DNA of 63,788 nucleotides, filler included, from Octopus bimaculoides (Eukaryota): assembly GCF_001194135.2 (NCBI RefSeq). It is 8 parts of 7 records of this genome, joined end to end, with 100 filler letters (N's around TTAATTAATTAA, not from the genome) between each part and the next. Parts side by side here need not be neighbours in the genome. Positions count along the whole stretch, not along the records: positions 28,467 to 39,543 come from NC_068985.1; positions 39,644 to 42,146 come from NW_026296845.1; positions 42,247 to 47,104 come from NC_068982.1; positions 47,205 to 53,939 come from NC_068983.1; 4 more parts are not named here. One strand, 5' to 3'. A program made the translations under genes and the position numbers. Below, piece by piece: positions 38,758-50,225 of this stretch (positions within the stretch are counted from its first letter, which is position 1; each line of letters starts with the position of its first letter). Under the pieces are notes generated by a model that was not told where the DNA came from, made no database searches, and saw only the letters and a program-made list of their open reading frames with translations.

Positions 38758-38832
38758 AATCCAGCTGATGAAAAATAACCAAATTTACGATGACAAACGT
38801 ATTTGAAGAGTCCGAAACCTAGACACTGGATT
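38758..38832 (+). ncRNA. Decayed type-I hammerhead motif
   Basis: AATCCAG-CTGATGA-...-GTCC-GAAA-CCTAG-aca|CTGGATT: 7-bp stem I and both core halves intact; helix III and NUH altered by transitions. Confidence 0.4.
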
Positions 38833-39029
38833 ATCCGATTCTGGGTTGTCCATTTATATAATGATCTTCATATACTTATGTGCGTGTGTGTCATTAAGCA
38901 TAAATGCGTGTGGGTGGTTAATGATCACTCTATACGTTCAATCACTTATAAAGGAAAGAAAACAACTCCTAGGCTAAGGGTATATATTATGTATCTCATA
39001 TTGAGGACATGCAAAGTTTGAGCAACTCT

Positions 39030-39250
39030 TCTTGTCTTTCCTAATGTAAGATGCATTTCTCTCTGCTCATGTTCAACTGCTGTACGCTTGCCATGTGTTT
39101 TCACTTTCACTTTCGCTTTCCAGCAGGTGATCCTTTAATGCTATCTTTATTACCTTGTCACCGTCCATCCTGAGACCTTGACACAGCTTTCTGTGTCAAG
39201 GACCACATTAGTGCAAACAATTTTGCAGTTCTGCTTTTCACTTGGATCTT
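39030..39250 (-). mobile_element. RTE-like LINE 3' fragment
   Basis: Minus strand LRMDGDKVIKIALK...NTW resembles the RTE C-terminal GHVxRM...K...TW region. Confidence 0.45.
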
Positions 39251-39719
39251 TACTGAACCTGCAGAAGCAACAGAAATTCTACGGCCACTGGTTGAGTAAA
39301 CCATTGAACATAATCATATTTATTCCATTTAACCATTTATTAATTTTTTTCTTTAACTAATGAAAAAAAAAAATCTACGACAAATTACAAATGCCGACAT
39401 TAACACCCCGAGTACTTTATTTTGTCACTTAACCACTGACCAATAACTACACCTAAAAAATAGCATACCAACTGACCATCTACGTGTACCCACCCACACA
39501 CACGCACACAAACACATGCGCACACATGTATATAATATATATANNNNNNNNNNNNNNNNNNNNNNNNNNNNNNNNNNNNNNNNNNNNTTAATTAATTAAN
39601 NNNNNNNNNNNNNNNNNNNNNNNNNNNNNNNNNNNNNNNNNNNTCCTCAGTCAAACCATCCAACCCATGCCACCATGGAAAGCAGATGTTAAATGATGAT
39701 GATGATATATTTATATATA

Positions 39720-40065
39720 TGAAGGCATATGGTTCAGTGGTTAGAGTGTCAGCTCACAATCATAAGGTAGAGAGTTCAATTCCCAAACCATGTTGTGTGC
39801 TGTGCTCTTGAGCAAGACACTTTATTTCACGTTGCTCCAGTTCACTCAGCTGTAGAAATGAGTTACGACGTCACAGGTGCCAAGCTGTATCGGCCCCTTT
39901 GCCTTTCCCTTGGAAAACATTGATGGCGAGGAGAGGGGAGACTGGTATGCATGCTTGACCTGTGATCTTTCATTAACAACTTTGCCTGGACTTGTACCTC
40001 AGAACTTTCTAGGTGCAATCCCATGATCATTCATGACCAAAGTGGGTCTTGACCAAAGTGGGTCT
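39720..40065 (+). mobile_element. tRNA-headed CORE-like SINE
   Basis: GGTTCAGTGG A box, GAGTTCAATTCCC B box, CTTGAGCAAGACACTTTATTTCACGTTGCTCCAGTTCACTCAGCTG core. Confidence 0.75.
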
Positions 40066-40331
40066 TTACCCTTTATATATATATATATATATATGTATGT
40101 ATATANNNNNNNNNNNNNNNNNNNNNNNNNNNNNNNNNNNNNNNNNNNNNNNNNNNNNNNNNNNNNNNNNNNNNNNNNNNNNNNNNNNNNNNNNNNNNNN
40201 NNNNNNNNNNNNNNNNNNNNNNNNNNNNNNNNNNNNNNNNNNNNNNNNNNNNNNNNNNNNNNNNNNNNNNNNNNNNNNNNNNNNNNNNNNTATATATATA
40301 TATGTGTATATATGTGTATATATATATATAT

Positions 40332-40597
40332 AAGCCACTTGAGAAGAAGACCCATCAAGCCAAGTGAAATTGTAGTCATGGCAGATACTGGTGTCACACA
40401 ACTGGCACTTGTTCTGGTGCCACGTAAAAGCACCAGCACAGAATGGTTGGCATCAGGAAGGGCACCCAACCATAGAAACCATACCAAATCAGACTGGAGT
40501 CTGGTGCAGCCTTACAGCTTACCAACTCTGGCCAAACCATCCAACCCATGCCAGCATGGAGTTAAATTATGATGATGATGATGATGATGATGATGAT
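40332..40597 (+). mobile_element. Retroposon 3' part with (GAT)n tail
   Basis: Ends CAAACCATCCAACCCATGCCAGCATGG...(GAT)n; same tail at 39644-39706. Confidence 0.65.
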
Positions 40598-40619
40598 ATG
40601 GTGATGGTGGTGCTGGTGG

Positions 40620-41150
40620 TTTTTGTTGGTGTTGTCTACATTCGGAGTTCTAATCTTGTTCTGGTCAACTTTGCCTTTGATTTTTTTCAAGGTTGATAAA
40701 GTAGCAGTTAAAATATTGAGGTCAGTGGCATTTACTGGCCCCTCCTCTCAAAAACTGCCAGCCTTATAACATTAGGAAGTCATAGTGTAGAATATATACT
40801 GGTCAAAGCTGTGAGCTGGCAGAATTGTTAGCATGGTGAAATGCTTAGCAGTATTTTGTCTATCTTTGTGTTCTGAGTTCAAATTCTGCCGGGGTCGACT
40901 TTGCCTTTCATCCTTTCAAGGTCAATAAATTATATACCTGTTGCATACTGGGTTGATCTAATCGACTAGTCCCCTCCTCAGAAATTTCGGGCTGTGTGCC
41001 TATAGTAGAAAAAAATATTAAAAAGTAGCGAGCTGGCAGAATTGTTAGCATGGTGAAATGCTTAGCAGTATTTTGTCTATCTTTACGTTCTGAGTTCAAA
41101 TTCTACCGAAGTCAACTTTTCCTTTCATCCTTTCAGGGTCGATAAATTAG
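40620..41150 (+). mobile_element. Three tandem SINE family D units
   Basis: Units near 40620, 40810 and 41028; the last two share the same internal deletion (AGCATGGTGAAATG). Confidence 0.8.
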
Positions 41151-41914
41151 TAGAAAAGAATCTATACTGGTCGTATTATACTATTGAGAGGTATAATTAA
41201 GTGTTGTGCAACTTATATTATGCATAAACTTTTGCGTAAAATGTGCATTGTGCAACTTATTGCACTACAGTTGACATTAGCTCCTTGTTTTATAATTTTT
41301 TATCTTCTTTTATACTACTACTATTATATAGTGAAGGCAACTTTAACCTTTCGCTGTATCCTTTTAGTTGAAACCTTTTAAACTAATGCTGGCCTTCATG
41401 CTAACTCACTTCCTCTTTTGCTATTCTTTCCCGATTGACCCCTTTTTCTCCCCTCCCCCCTTTAGTATTTTCTGGAGTTACACTACCTGTAATATTACCT
41501 TATTTTTTTCCCCTCTACCTTTTTATGTTGTCTCACCCTCAACTCAACCCTCCCCCCACCATACTTCACCTTTTAAACTTCATTGTTTCATTATATCTAG
41601 AATAAAGTATTTTTTTTCTTATTTTTTTTTCCTTCTTCCCCTAATCTTTCTAATCAACTTGCTATTGATTATTTCTAACATTTCCAGGCCCGTTTCAATT
41701 ATTCTTACTTTATCTTATGTCTTTTTTCGCAAAAAAAATAAAATAGAAAGAAAAAGAAAAAATACCAATTTTGGTTGATCTTAAATTTATATTTTTCTCT
41801 AAATTTTAAGAATTCAAAAATTAACTTCTAATTTGATAAATAACTACAAAATAATTAAATTTGAACAAAATATTATTGCTTTACTAAGCAAAAAAGCATC
41901 GGTAAAGCATTCTT

Positions 41915-42095
41915 TATTAATTCTTTTATCTTTTACTTGTTTCAGTCATTTGACTGTGGCCATGCTGGGGCACCATCTTGAAGGTTTTTAATTTCAAACA
42001 AACCGACCCCAGGACCTAGCTTTTTTAGACCTGGTACTTATTCTATTGGTCTCTTTTGCTAAACTGCTAGGTCACAGGGACATAAACACACCAAA
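41915..42095 (-). mobile_element. SINE family C 3' half
   Basis: TTTTACTTGTTTCAGTCATTTGACTGTGGCCATGCTGGGGCACC, the reverse complement of the family C tail. Confidence 0.75.
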
Positions 42096-42849
42096 TAATG
42101 TATGTATATATATATATATATATATATATCATCATCATCATCATCANNNNNNNNNNNNNNNNNNNNNNNNNNNNNNNNNNNNNNNNNNNNTTAATTAATT
42201 AANNNNNNNNNNNNNNNNNNNNNNNNNNNNNNNNNNNNNNNNNNNNTGTATGAGTGTGTGCGTGTGTATGCATGTATATAGGTGCGCGTTTGTGTGTGTT
42301 TATTTTGCAAAACTTTTCCAATACATCAGATGGTAATACATGAAATCGATAGATTGAAAACCTACTGATTAAATCAGTAAGGTAGGAAACTATAGATTCA
42401 ACATAAAGTTTAAGGACGTTTCGCACACGCACACACACACACACACACACACATAAACACACACACACACACACACACACATAAACACACACGCACACAC
42501 ACACATGTATTCAAACACACAAATACATGCACACACATCCACAAAACCTACACACATATATGCACACACATGCACACATGTATTCAAATACACAAACACA
42601 TGCACACACATCCAGAAAACATACACACTTATACGCATACACACACACACACACACACCTACAGAATGTTTGTGAATAAGCTTTGGAAATATAAGCAGAG
42701 GTTTCAAGGAAATAGTTCAAAACATACATACATACACACATACATACACACACACATACATACATACATACATACATACACACATACATACACACATACA
42801 TACACACATACATACATACATACATACATACATACATACATACATACAT

Positions 42850-43776
42850 ACTGTACAATGAAATCCGAGACACTGTACAATGAAATCCGCCGACAGGATA
42901 ACCCCGGGGCTAAGGAGATGAAAACCCATAATGAGGTAGAGACCATTACCACTCACAATATGAAAGAGTATTGGTGGAATGTCCCAATAAAAACCTCAAT
43001 AAAGTGCAGACATAATAGACCGGATATAGTAATCTGGGACAGAGNNNNNNNNNNNNNNNNNNNNNNNNNNNNNNNNNNNNNNNNNNNNNNNNNNNNNNNN
43101 NNNNNNNNNNNNNNNNNNNNNNNNNNNNNNNNNNNNNNNNNNNNNNNNNNNNNNNNNNNNNNNNNNNNNNNNNNNNNNNNNNNNNNNNNNNNNNNNNNNN
43201 NNNNNNNNNNNNNNNNNNNNNNNNNNNNNNNNNNNNNNNNNNNNNNNNNNNNNNGTAGTAGAAATCAGCTGTCCTGCGGATGTCAACATCACACTAAAGC
43301 TTAGAGAAAAAGAGAACAACTACGCCGAGCTACTGAGAAATTTGCAGACACTCCACCCAGACTACAAGTTCAGATTCATACCCGTGATTGTTGGGGCATT
43401 GGGATATGTAACGAACTGCCTCAACAAAAACCTGGAAAAATTAGGGTTCTCAAAACCTGAAATAAAAAGGCTGATTAGAAGACTACAGATTCAAGCCATC
43501 AATGGAACTGTAAAGATATGTAAAACTTTCCAAAAATTTACCACATAAATACATATGCATGCATCTAGACATGAAAATATACACATAAAAACGCATCCAT
43601 AAAACAAACATACAAATTTGCGCATACATTAACACCAAATACTGCACACACACACACACATATGCACAAATATCTAGATGATGTTGATAAAAGTTCCAAT
43701 GAAGGAGCCTTGAATCTATGTTAGAGTCCGGCTCTTTCTCTATGGACAAGAAATACAGAAATGAAACTGACTGATA
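42850..43776 (+). mobile_element. 5'-truncated RLE (R4/Dong-like) non-LTR retrotransposon in (CATA)n
   Basis: Stop-free WWNVPIKTSIKCRHNRPDIVIWDR [gap] VVEISCPADVN..KENNYAELLRNL..IPVIVGALG; stop at 43548; about 230-nt 3' UTR; (CATA)n on both flanks. Confidence 0.88.
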
Positions 43777-44005
43777 ACATACATACATACATACATACAT
43801 TCATACACACATACATACATACATACATACAACTGGACCTTATTACCTAATTTCCTAAGGACATTGGAATGAAGTTTGGTGGGTCCAATTGTTCATTTTT
43901 GACAATAAAGCGCTGCGAAATTGTGCCCTCCTCTGCAAATCTAAAAATGAACGGCATGATAATGCAGCCTCTTTAACCAGGTGACTATCGTAGATATCTT
44001 GGAAA

Positions 44006-44480
44006 GGCGGCGGGCTGGCAGAAACGTTAGCACACCGGGCGAAATGCTTAGCGGTATTTTGTCTGCCGCTACGTTCTGAGTTCAAATTCCGCCGAGGTCG
44101 ACTTTGCCTTTCATGCTTTCGAAGTCGATTAAATAAGTACCAGTTACGCACTGAGATCGATATAATCGACTTAACCCTTTTGTCTGTCCTTGTTTATCCC
44201 CTCTGTGTGTAGCCCCTTGTGGGCAGTAAAGAAATAAGAAACGTTAGCATGCCGGGCGAAATGCTTAGTGGTATTTCGTCTGTCTTTACGTTCTGAGTTC
44301 AAATTCCGCCGAGGTCGACTTTGCCTTTCATCCTTTCGGGGTCGATAAATCAAGTACCAGTTGATCACTGGGGTCGATGCAATCGACTTAATCCCTTTGT
44401 CTGTCCTTGTTTGTCCCCTCTATGTTTAGCCCCTTGTGGGCAATAAAGAAATAGGTATTTCGTCTGCCGTTATGTTCTGG
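44006..44480 (+). mobile_element. Head-to-tail array of SINE family D (full unit plus two progressively 5'-truncated units)
   Basis: Units start at 44006, 44238 and 44454 with no spacer; A-box-like TGGCAGAAACGTTAG and B-box GAGTTCAAATTCC. Confidence 0.88.
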
Positions 44481-44481
44481 G

Positions 44482-44655
44482 CCAGCAATTTCGGGAGCGT
44501 GAGTAAGTCAATTACATCAATCTCAGTGTTTCACTGGTACTTATTTTATCGATCCCGAAAAGATGAAAGGTAAAGTCGATCTCGGAAAAATTTGGACTCA
44601 GAACGAAACGCCGGTAAGCATTTTGTCCGGCGTGGTAATGATTTTGCCAGCTCGT
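44482..44655 (-). mobile_element. SINE family D, inverted
   Basis: GATGAAAGGTAAAGTCGATCTCGG ... GCCAGCTCGTCGC. Confidence 0.75.
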
Positions 44656-44789
44656 CGCTTTACGATACCACCAATATTGACATCAACACCTCTAGCACAT
44701 GTGTTAGCTATCTATGAAACCGCATGTACCTCTCTAATCTTATTTGGTCGTTGGAATTAAGCCAGTATGTTTTGCAATGGTATGAAAAA

Positions 44790-45400
44790 GCCTGAGAGAG
44801 TTTCACTATCTGCTACAGGAAGTAGTTAAAAGAATTCTGGGACGAATATCACTCACAACAGAAGCCACTTCATAGCCAAGCAGCTGCGGAAACAGATGTC
44901 TTTGTTTACCCAGAAAACGTGTGTTACAGATAGTACTAGATATTCTGATTCTTGTAATACAGTTCATATTCTTAACAATATTCCAAGAACAGCCAAAACC
45001 TACCACTGAGACCTGCAAGAACGAAGATAACCTGGTACTGTCAGCGTTATCATCACACGACTCTATCTCTGTGGATAGACTCGACAGAGACGGTTGTAGA
45101 ATATACGCAGCTGGAAAACATTTTGGAACCGCAGTTTGAAAATAATTTCATAAGCTTCTGGAAGTTACCCTGAAGTATTAGACCTTTTTTCTTCTTTTTT
45201 TTTTTTGACGTGAATTGGAAGAAAACCATCCTCTCTCATAATAAAAGTTATTGACGATATCACTGGAGAATGTATTAAAAATGTGATAACTCACATTGGA
45301 ATATTAATACCTGCCTGTATACTGCTTCTGTTATGCCGAAGGAACACCTGAGAGATATTTGCAAAGCACACAGCTATGAAATAACACATCACAAGCAAAT
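44790..45400 (+). pseudogene. Highly decayed hAT (Ac-type) transposase remnant
   Basis: RISLTTE (cf. ISLTTDxW), RKRVL, and NVITH-WNI (cf. DVxTRWNS), in the expected order. Confidence 0.4.
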
Positions 45401-45999
45401 CAGGTGAATAACGATTTCAGAAAAGAAAGAAAAAAACATAACAAAAACAAAGCGAATTACGCCGAAGGATAGGACCGTTAAATACCATTGTAAAGTATAA
45501 AGCTAGCAATAAGTACACATCTCACCAACAGTATCTCCGGAGTAAACCAACGAAAATGTACGGAGATCACGAGGGAAAATATATAATCCTGAAGCATGAA
45601 CTTTTAGTGTGAGTATTAGGGTTGTTAAATAGTTATTGATGAATGCATTTAATGGGTTTCGTGTTGCATTCATAATGAAAACACAAATATTTATGTTTTC
45701 ATTTTTTTTTATTAACCCAGAACATTTGCATTTACACAGCACGACATTCAAGAGATATCTAATGGAATAAGCACAAGTTTTTCACTGTATATGTTAAATA
45801 ATCATACGATGATAGTTCGTAATTATTGCTTTCAGATTTTGACACAAGGCCAGGAATTTCAGGGGCAGATTAAGTCGATTACATTGATCCCAGTGTTCAA
45901 ATGGTATTTATTTTATCGACCGTCGACGGAATTTGCCCACCGTGTTATTGATTCTGTCAGATCACCGCTTTATAGTTCATTATTAAAATAAACATTTAA

Positions 46000-46247
46000 A
46001 TGTTTCCTTCTCGAGCCATGCTAGGCTCATAAAGGCCGGTTTCCCGGTTTCAGGGGCGTATATATTCCCCATCTAGACGGGACGCTGGTCCATCACAGGA
46101 TAACTTATTTTTGCCAGCTGAGTGAACCGGGCCAACGTGAAATGAAGTGTTTTTCTCAAGAACACATCGCGTCGCCTGGTCCAGGAATCGAAACTGCAAT
46201 CTTACGATTATGAGTCCAACACCCCAATCACTAAGCCACCTGCCTCC
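46000..46247 (-). mobile_element. tRNA-headed CORE-like SINE
   Basis: Minus strand GGAGGCAGGTGGCTTAGTG A box, GTTTCGATTCC B box, TGTGTTCTTGAGAAAAACACTTCATTTCACG core. Confidence 0.75.
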
Positions 46248-46699
46248 AATTATAGTCCATGGTTACTGAGAACAAATTAAGTTGAAAGAATTAGAACGCC
46301 TTAGCAAAAAGCGACTGACATAGCTTCGAGTTGCGTCTGAGGTCGTTCTGGGCAAAACAAGCAGAGAAAACCGGAACACTTATCACCATAATGCAACATG
46401 GCTAAATACAATAAATAAAGGAATACTGCATCAACATTTGAGTATGGTACAATATTAATCAAATTTTAAACTTTACCCATAGCCGTGGGAAATCTGTCTA
46501 ATGAAGGGTAGCAGGTTCAGATCTAATTGTTTGATACTGGTATGTTGACATTCAACAAAGTCAGCGAATTTTATATTCAAAAATATCAAAGGAAAGCCAG
46601 GTTGACAATTTACTATCGCAAATTTCTCTGCTACATCACGAATGAAGCTTGCGGCTAAGAATGAAAACATTGACTTGCCATAAAACTATTGCTTGCTTA

Positions 46700-47030
46700 A
46701 ATATTGGTTTTTAAATTTTGGTACAAGACCAGCAAATTCGGGAGAAAGTCGATTACATCGACCCCAGTGCTCAACTCGTACTTATTTTATCGACCCCAAA
46801 AGGATGAAAAGCAGAGGCTGTCTCGACGGGATTTGAACTCAAAATGCAAAGTCGGAAGGAATTCCCCTAAGCATTTTTCCCAGTGCGGTAACGATACTGC
46901 CACTTCACCACCTTATTATTAGTTTAAATATAATGTTTTCAAATTTTGGCACAAGGCCAGCAATTTTGGGGGAGGGGATAAGTCAGTTACATCGACCCCT
47001 GTGTTCAACTGGTGCTTGTTTCGGATCTTT
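46700..47030 (-). mobile_element. Two tandem inverted SINE family D fragments (a third lies at 45820-45925)
   Basis: Repeated TTTTGGCACAAGGCCAGCAATTTT ... GTCGATTACATCGACCCC. Confidence 0.75.
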
Positions 47031-47204
47031 TTTAAAACGGGGGCCACATTTTTCATTAACGAAACACTTTGAAACTTGGAACACTGGTAGAATGTGTCAT
47101 ATAANNNNNNNNNNNNNNNNNNNNNNNNNNNNNNNNNNNNNNNNNNNNTTAATTAATTAANNNNNNNNNNNNNNNNNNNNNNNNNNNNNNNNNNNNNNNN
47201 NNNN

Positions 47205-47254
<50 letters not shown>

Positions 47255-47706
47255 TGTGTGTGTCTGTGTGTGTCTGTGTGAGTACACATGCACACCCAAA
47301 CACATACATACATGCTCACACACATACGCACACAGTATCGGTTACTGCAGGGGTTAGCCATGATACTCACCAGAAAGCTGAAAAAAAATGCTGAATAACT
47401 GAAAATGTAGTTGTGTTTATATAGCTGTATACATATTCTTGTGTATATACATTTGTGTATATATATAGCTGTGAATGCAGCTCTGAGCTATACACAACAA
47501 TGAAAACCAGTCACATTCAATGAGTTTTGTGATGAAAATAGAAATAACATATTTCTAAATCTCTCAGAGAGATTTATACATTAGCAACATGATAAAGTGA
47601 TAGTATGTTGTCAACTGAATCTGACAATCCCATGAAAGGGAAGAACGCTACTGCTATTTAGCCCTAGGAAACACCGTTTCTTTGAAAACATAAGGACATA
47701 GAAAGG

Positions 47707-47752
47707 ATTATTATTATTATTATTATCATTATTATTATTATTATTATTATTA

Positions 47753-47790
<38 letters not shown>
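47707..47790. repeat. (ATT)n microsatellite
   Basis: Direct reading; further (ATT)n runs at 48327-48397 and 49095-49222. Confidence 0.95.
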
Positions 47791-48325
47791 GAGTGAGAGA
47801 GCAGCGCATGCCATCAAAGTGATACTGGGGTACAAATATACGAAGTTCAACATACCCATCATGACTACCCGTCTGATAACGGCACACCAAGTACATGCAT
47901 CACAAGCAAATGTGCGTGACATGGTGATCTCATATCAAAATAAACATCGTATCACCTTGCAGGTGGGGCCCAGATAAAATTTTCTCCGGGTTGAGTAGCC
48001 CATCCCGTTCAAAAGGTCCCTGAATGCGAATTGTTTTATGATGATGAACAAAACATCTGTTTCCAAAGGTGAATTGCCCAAACCCCAAAGAATTCCTCTC
48101 AACACATGGCTATGATGTTCCCCCACTACTTCTGCTCGTGATCAGAGATGCACATATCGTCAGCCACCAAGGGACATGCTGAACTGGGTAAGGTCAAATA
48201 ACTGACAAGCAAGTCTGTGGTATTGAGCAGAATATTTGCTACAGCCCATCTTTTATACCAAGACAAAACAATGTACATGATAACACTTCCAATCAATAAA
48301 GATCAAAAGCCATGAGAGCCCGTGC
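47791..48325 (-). mobile_element. 535-bp non-coding interspersed element flanked by (TAA)n on both sides
   Basis: Complex non-coding block bounded exactly by ATT runs; no long ORF and no clear tRNA head; strand is inferred. Confidence 0.55.
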
Positions 48326-48397
<72 letters not shown>

Positions 48398-49073
48398 GCC
48401 CTTGCACAGCTTCTAACGCTGGAGATGTACTACGGTGTCAGCTGTTTACTACCAATAAACTAAGGTAACACCCCTTATTTTCGAGCACCTTCTGGAGTAT
48501 TCGAGCGGTTCCAAGCAGTGCTGTTTTCTGCAAGTGCTCCACCCTTATTGCAGCCCCCATTTGTTCCACGTACTTCTTGAGATTTTTACTCACTGTTCCC
48601 AGGGTTCCGACAATTATTGGTACTACTACTACCTTTTTCATCGACCACAACTGCTTAACTTCCCAAGCTAACCTGTCATATCTCTCGACTTTTCTTTCTT
48701 CCTTCTCGCATGCCTTGTTGTCAGCTGGACATACTATATCTATGATCCAGCATCGTTTGTTTTCTTTTTCAATTAACATTGTCTGGTTTCCTATTTTCTA
48801 TCTCATGGTCGCACTGAATCATAAAATCCCATAGGATCTTTGCATTATCATTTTCGAGGATGCTTTCGGGTTTATGTTCGTATCACACTTTTGCTCTGTC
48901 AAGTCCATACTTGTTGTAAAGTGTCGAATGGACAATCCTTGTTATATTGTCATGACGTCTCTTATATTCTTTCTGGGCTAGTGGTGTTATGCTATACGGT
49001 CGCACCATTTTGTCCACAAATTCTGCACTTATCACTTTCTGATGTGTTGTTTATTCTGTATTTGATGTAATTT
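48398..49073 (-). mobile_element. 5'-truncated R4/Dong-type RLE LINE in (TAA)n
   Basis: Minus strand KCRICGQNG..EYKRRHDN..VWYEHKPE..ILWDFMIQCDHEIENRKPD..WIIDIVCP..KVERYDRL..VPIIVGTLG: zinc-knuckle region plus PD-(D/E) endonuclease; frameshifted. Confidence 0.92.
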
Positions 49074-49092
49074 CTTCTTCTTCTTCTTCTTC

Positions 49093-49222
<130 letters not shown>

Positions 49223-49469
49223 CCACAAGTAATATTATTACTATTCACACTGTGAGTGTATCGGTACTTGTGGATGTATTTGTGTGTGAGTGTCGATGTA
49301 TGTGAGGACGTGATGTATAGGTGTGTGTGTGTGTGTGAGAGAGAGAGGGGGGAGAGGGCTTTTGTATATATGTTGGTTGGTTCTTTGTATGTGCGGTGCG
49401 TATGTGTGTATGGAGGGGGCGGTTGTACTGGCGCGTGTGCTTTGTTGACTATCGGAATTTGAACAGGTT

Positions 49470-49650
49470 AACTGGCGACACGTGCCTCTCGCCACGGGTC
49501 ACATGTCTCTCTTGTATTCACTAACTCTTTACTCATACATACTCACAGATTCTCATATATATACATACATATATACACGTCCACCAATGTTCGTATACAA
49601 ACATACCCACACAGCGGCACACGCGGCCAGGCGGGCGGGGTTTCGGGTGT
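49470..49650. promoter_or_regulatory. GC-rich patch with E-box and GC box
   Basis: CACGTG at 49479-49484 inside TGGCGA..TCGCCA inverted repeat; GGGCGGGG at 49633-49640. Confidence 0.2.
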
Positions 49651-50225
49651 GTGTGTGTGTGTGTGTGTATTATATATATNNNNNNNNNNNNNNNNNNNNN
49701 NNNNNNNNNNNNNNNNNNNNNNNNNNNATGTGTCTGTATATATATTCTGTTGTTTTTTATAGTTGCTGCAGTTGTTAGGGTTAGGGTAAAGGTGAAAGGG
49801 ATCACCGTGTATTATTATTTCAACCACGTGTCTTCAGAGATTATAAAGAAAGTGATGCTCTTCAGGAAGACAATAAACCGATCCTCCCATCTTCCCATCC
49901 TCCCATCTACCCATCCTCCCATCCTCCTCTTTCTATTTTCCTCCTCCTCCTCCTTTTTCCTATCCCCCTTTTCCTTTATTCTTAATCCCTCTCATACGCA
50001 GTCCCTGTTGAGAGAAATTTCTGCCGTTACAGGGCGGAGAAGAGGCACAGATTTGGCGCTGTTGTGCCGCTGCCACTATGAGTATCCACAAGATGACAAT
50101 TGCTGATGACAACAATAGCAACAGCAGAAACAACAACAACAACAACAACAAGGGCACTTGTTGAGGATAACAGAAAATAGTAAAATCAAAAGAAGATAAC
50201 AAACAACAACATATTTTGTCTAAAT

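Noticed and set aside
39175-39200. 11-bp hairpin CCTTGACACAG/CTGTGTCAAGG
   Set aside because: Isolated, inside a LINE relic, with no further support for function.
39140-39250. Apparent minus-strand exon with strong splice sites
   Set aside because: The overlapping frame matches an RTE LINE C-terminus; a retroelement origin is more parsimonious.
41368-41778. 136-aa hydrophobic ORF
   Set aside because: Product of pyrimidine/T-rich low-complexity DNA, no ATG start, no motif.
48060-48210. Possible HDV-like ribozyme in the TAA-flanked element (P1 GTCAGT/GCTGAC, P3 CAT/GTG, P1.1 TC/GA)
   Set aside because: No P2 partner or C75-containing J4/2 could be placed, and the cut site would be about 120 nt inside the element.
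49774-49800. TTAGGG x2 plus variants (interstitial telomere or G4)
   Set aside because: Only two exact units; chance level in this context.
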